Of a DNA stretch of 32,000 bases, positions 29,432-32,000 are shown one piece after another. The position numbers were made by a program, and so were the translations under genes. The DNA comes from Candidatus Peribacter riflensis (GTDB taxonomy: Bacteria > Patescibacteriota > Gracilibacteria > Peribacterales > Peribacteraceae), in assembly GCA_001430755.1 (NCBI GenBank), contig CP013062.1, forward strand, positions 90,001 through 122,000, given 5' to 3'. Numbering within the stretch: position 1 is the stretch's first letter; every line of letters starts with the position of its first letter. The notes below the pieces were generated by a model. It had not been told where the DNA came from. It was given only the letters and a program-made list of their open reading frames with translations, and made no database searches.

Positions 29432-30600
29432 GGTGTTGCCGATGCAGGAGGCGTCGTGCGAAAGACGAAGGTGCCATCCATAAATTCGTGGATGATCTGG
29501 CCGACCGGCGAGATCGGTTGTCCCTTCTGCACGATCCGTCCATCCGTGCTGAAGGCGAGATCAGGTCGCTCGTAGACGAGCCAGATCGTAGCTCCGGAAC
29601 CGTCGGCGGGCGATACGGGCGCGCTGGGATACGTCTGATAGCGCATGAAGTTCATGAAGTTGGTCGTCGGGGTCATGAGCACGTACCGCGGCTGGTCTGA
29701 GAGGATGCCGCGCGTCGCCAGTGCGAAATCAGAGAGGAAGTTGAACGTGCGAAAGGTGCGCTTGCCGATGGGCTGCATCAGGTAGGAGCGCACATCATAG
29801 GTCCACGTTGCGAGAAACTCGGCTCCCATGCGGATGTCGAGCACGATCCAGAAGACGAAGAACAGAACGAGCACGCGCCGGATGATTGTGGCTCTCTGCC
29901 CGGAGTGGGGATTTTTCCACGCGCGGAACAGAATGACGGCGGTACCGAGGATGAGGAGCGCGTAGATTACGCGCAGGGCGGAGTGCGCGGCGGGCGGCTG
30001 GCTTTGGAAGAGGTGCGTGCGGGTGATGGGGGAGGTGCAGAGGAGCGGCCCCCAAAAGAAGTTGATGCTGTAGGCCTTGAGTCCATCGAAGATCCAGAAG
30101 CACCGAATCGATTCGATTACTTTCTCCCCAATGCTCCATCCGCTGAGTTCGATAGTGTGGAAGATGACGTCGGAGCCGGGCGGTATCTGAAAGCCAATCG
30201 AGACAGTGTGAGGATCCCATCCTCCTACCGCACTCAGGTCCACGATGATCGATGTGGGTGCCAGACTCGGCTGGAGTGTGACAGGAATTTGCATGTAGTT
30301 GTTTGTTGCGCTCCCTTTTTTTCGCCACATGAATGAGATGGAAGCTCCCCGTGGACTGGTGTACAGGATCTCGACCACGTCGATGCGGTGCGAAAGCCCG
30401 ATGGGCCGCGAGAGGATGCCGGGGACGGATGTCGTGATATGAATGCCATCGGGCACCAGGCCGACGTTCTTGAGTCCGATGGTCTGCCACTGGGCCTGTT
30501 CCGCAGAGTCGCCCAAGCGCAGCGTCGTCTGTTCCTCGGCCGAGGCGGCCATCGGCAGGGCGAGTATGAGTGCAGCGAAGAGGAGTAAGCGCAGACGCAT
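29428..30600 (-). CDS. Membrane protein with N-terminal signal peptide, extracytoplasmic beta-rich domain and 3 internal TM helices; unknown function
   Basis: MRLRLLLFAALILALPMAASAEE is a signal peptide starting at ATG 30600. The ORF track extends to 30696, with another ATG at 30624. TM segments include VIYALLILGTAVILF and VLVLFFVFWIVLDI. Confidence 0.75.
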   Translation of the reverse strand: MRLRLLLFAALILALPMAASAEEQTTLRLGDSAEQAQWQTIGLKNVGLVPDGIHITTSVPGILSRPIGLSHRIDVVEILYTSPRGASISFMWRKKGSATNNYMQIPVTLQPSLAPTSIIVDLSAVGGWDPHTVSIGFQIPPGSDVIFHTIELSGWSIGEKVIESIRCFWIFDGLKAYSINFFWGPLLCTSPITRTHLFQSQPPAAHSALRVIYALLILGTAVILFRAWKNPHSGQRATIIRRVLVLFFVFWIVLDIRMGAEFLATWTYDVRSYLMQPIGKRTFRTFNFLSDFALATRGILSDQPRYVLMTPTTNFMNFMRYQTYPSAPVSPADGSGATIWLVYERPDLAFSTDGRIVQKGQPISPVGQIIHEFMDGTFVFRTTPPASATP

Positions 30601-30732
30601 GAGAAAGTCGGCGATATGGTACATCAACTCGATGTTGGTTTTTCGGATATTCCGCATAACCAGTGTCACTCTGAGCTCTGTCGAAGGGCGACACATGCCA
30701 TGGTTCGACAGAGCTCACCATGACATTCTTCC

Positions 30733-32000
30733 TCACTCTTCCTGAGCCACCGTGATCTCTGCCGGGCCTCCTTCGATCACCGCCTTGATGCGCCGCACAC
30801 CTGCAGAAGAGCTCTCTTCTTTCTGGATCGTGAGGGAGCCGAGCATACCGGTACGGGCCACGTGCGGGCCGCCGCAGATTTCTTTGCTGAAGATTCCTTT
30901 TTTGTCGTCCCCGACCACGTACACCTTCACCTCAGCGCCGTACTTGGCATCGAAGACCCCGATCGCCCCCTCCTTCTTCGCGCCCTCCACGCTCGTGACG
31001 TGGTAGGCCACGGGCAGGTCGGCGGCGATGGTCTCGTTCACCAGTCGCTGCACCTCTTTCAGCTGCTCCGGCGTCATTTTGTCTACGTGACTGAAGTCGA
31101 AGCGCAGCCGCTCCGCTGTGATGTTCGAGCCCTTCTGGTACACATGATCGCCCAGCACTTTCCGCAGTGCGGCATTGAGCAGATGCGTGGCTGTGTGGAG
31201 CTTGGTGGTTTCGCTGCTGTGATCCTGCAGGCCGCCCTTGAACTTCTGCTCGGCGCCCGCCCGCGACAGGGCCTGGTGCTCCTCGAATTTTTCTTTGAAC
31301 CCCTTCTCATCCACGGTGAGCCCTTTTTCCAGGGCCAGCTCCTTCGTGAGCTCCAGGGGAAAGCCGTACGTGTCGTACAGGTGAAAGACCACGGTGCCAT
31401 CCATCTGTGTTCCCGCATGTTCCGTTGCCCGTTCGAACTGTTTCATTCCTTCTTTCAGCGTCTTGCCGAACTGCTGCTCTTCCCGGCTCAGGGCTTCGAG
31501 AATTTCAGTTCTCCGGTCCTTCAGCCTTCCGTACACGTGCCCGTACTGGGCGATCACTGCCTCGGCGACTGCGGGCGTGAACGTGCCATCGTGCTCGATC
31601 TTCAGCTGGCGTGCGGAGCGGATGGCCCGCCGGATGAGGCGGCGCAGGATGTAGCCCTGATCCACATTCGAGGGGAGGACGCCATCCGCGATGATGAACG
31701 TGGCGGCCTTGAGGTGATCCACGATGATGCGCAGGTGTCGCTCATCCCTCTGGTCGGCCATTTCCATCACACAATCCATAATCGGTTTCATCCGGTCCGT
31801 CTCGTACACGCTCGCGACGTTCTGCAGCACCTTGGCGACGCGCTCCAATCCCATGCCCGTATCCACGTTCTGCTGCGCGAGGGGCTCGAAGGTCCCTCCC
31901 TCGCTCGGTCTCTCCCCGGAGGGGAGAGAAGGATCGGAAGGGACGAGTTTTTTGTTGTACTGCATAAAAACATCATTCCAAATCTCGAGCCATTCCTTTT
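30733..32000 (-). CDS. alaS: Alanine--tRNA ligase, 5'-truncated by the window edge; ends after the editing domain
   Basis: The frame stays open to 32000 (KEWLEIWNDVFMQYN). Motifs include DTGMGLERVAKVLQ, the editing-domain HTATHLLNAALRKVL and CGGPHV. No C-Ala/DHHA1-like tail follows. Confidence 0.9.
   Translation of the reverse strand, partial: KEWLEIWNDVFMQYNKKLVPSDPSLPSGERPSEGGTFEPLAQQNVDTGMGLERVAKVLQNVASVYETDRMKPIMDCVMEMADQRDERHLRIIVDHLKAATFIIADGVLPSNVDQGYILRRLIRRAIRSARQLKIEHDGTFTPAVAEAVIAQYGHVYGRLKDRRTEILEALSREEQQFGKTLKEGMKQFERATEHAGTQMDGTVVFHLYDTYGFPLELTKELALEKGLTVDEKGFKEKFEEHQALSRAGAEQKFKGGLQDHSSETTKLHTATHLLNAALRKVLGDHVYQKGSNITAERLRFDFSHVDKMTPEQLKEVQRLVNETIAADLPVAYHVTSVEGAKKEGAIGVFDAKYGAEVKVYVVGDDKKGIFSKEICGGPHVARTGMLGSLTIQKEESSSAGVRRIKAVIEGGPAEITVAQEE
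31892..31929 (+). repeat. CT/GA hairpin element, copy D, in frame inside alaS
   Basis: GTCCCTCCCTCGCTCGG-TCTCTCCCC-GGA-GGGGAGAGA, with a 9-bp perfect stem (31909-31917 with 31921-29). It is translated on the minus strand as PSLPSGERPSEGG. Confidence 0.65.

Noticed and set aside
1-32000. CRISPR arrays, rRNA genes, riboswitch-like leaders
   Set aside because: No regularly spaced direct repeats, no rRNA-like conserved blocks, and no long structured 5' leaders upstream of the metabolic genes were seen.

Overview
GC-rich (about 60% by eye) bacterial chromosomal segment, coded mostly on the minus strand. Lineage cannot be assigned from this window. Core genes: ogt, a PurF-like amidophosphoribosyltransferase, a DEAD-box RNA helicase, a CaCA antiporter, a hemolysin-III/PAQR protein, a Trm11-like methyltransferase, tRNA-Asn(GTT), and the 3' part of alaS, which runs off the window end. 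Accessory content dominates. (1) A 1777-aa LamG-LamG-coiled-coil-lipase giant protein is followed 1 nt later by a Cys-rich membrane-anchored protein. This looks like an effector/immunity pair, and GC drops over the lipase and partner part. (2) A DUF559 endonuclease-like gene is bracketed by inverted copies of a 40-nt CT/GA hairpin element. Further copies lie in an intergenic region and, in frame, inside alaS. (3) A secreted S8 protease carries a long Cys/Ser/acidic C-terminal extension. (4) A 1564-aa secreted protein with roughly 10% Cys is built from degenerate CC-C-C-C-C modules and ends in a CGDG..CDDGN repeat and a tail anchor. (5) A minimal [FeFe]-hydrogenase-like H-domain protein is translationally coupled to a polytopic membrane protein. 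(6) The best candidate for something new is a low-GC island of about 3.4 kb at the 3' end of tRNA-Asn, delimited by exact direct repeats of the tRNA terminus. It carries only an SF2 helicase and a 548-aa protein made of four ~72-aa repeats plus three excisionase-like HTH motifs, with no recombinase. I found no rRNA, CRISPR array, transposase or integrase. All domain calls come from motif recognition by eye, not database searches.
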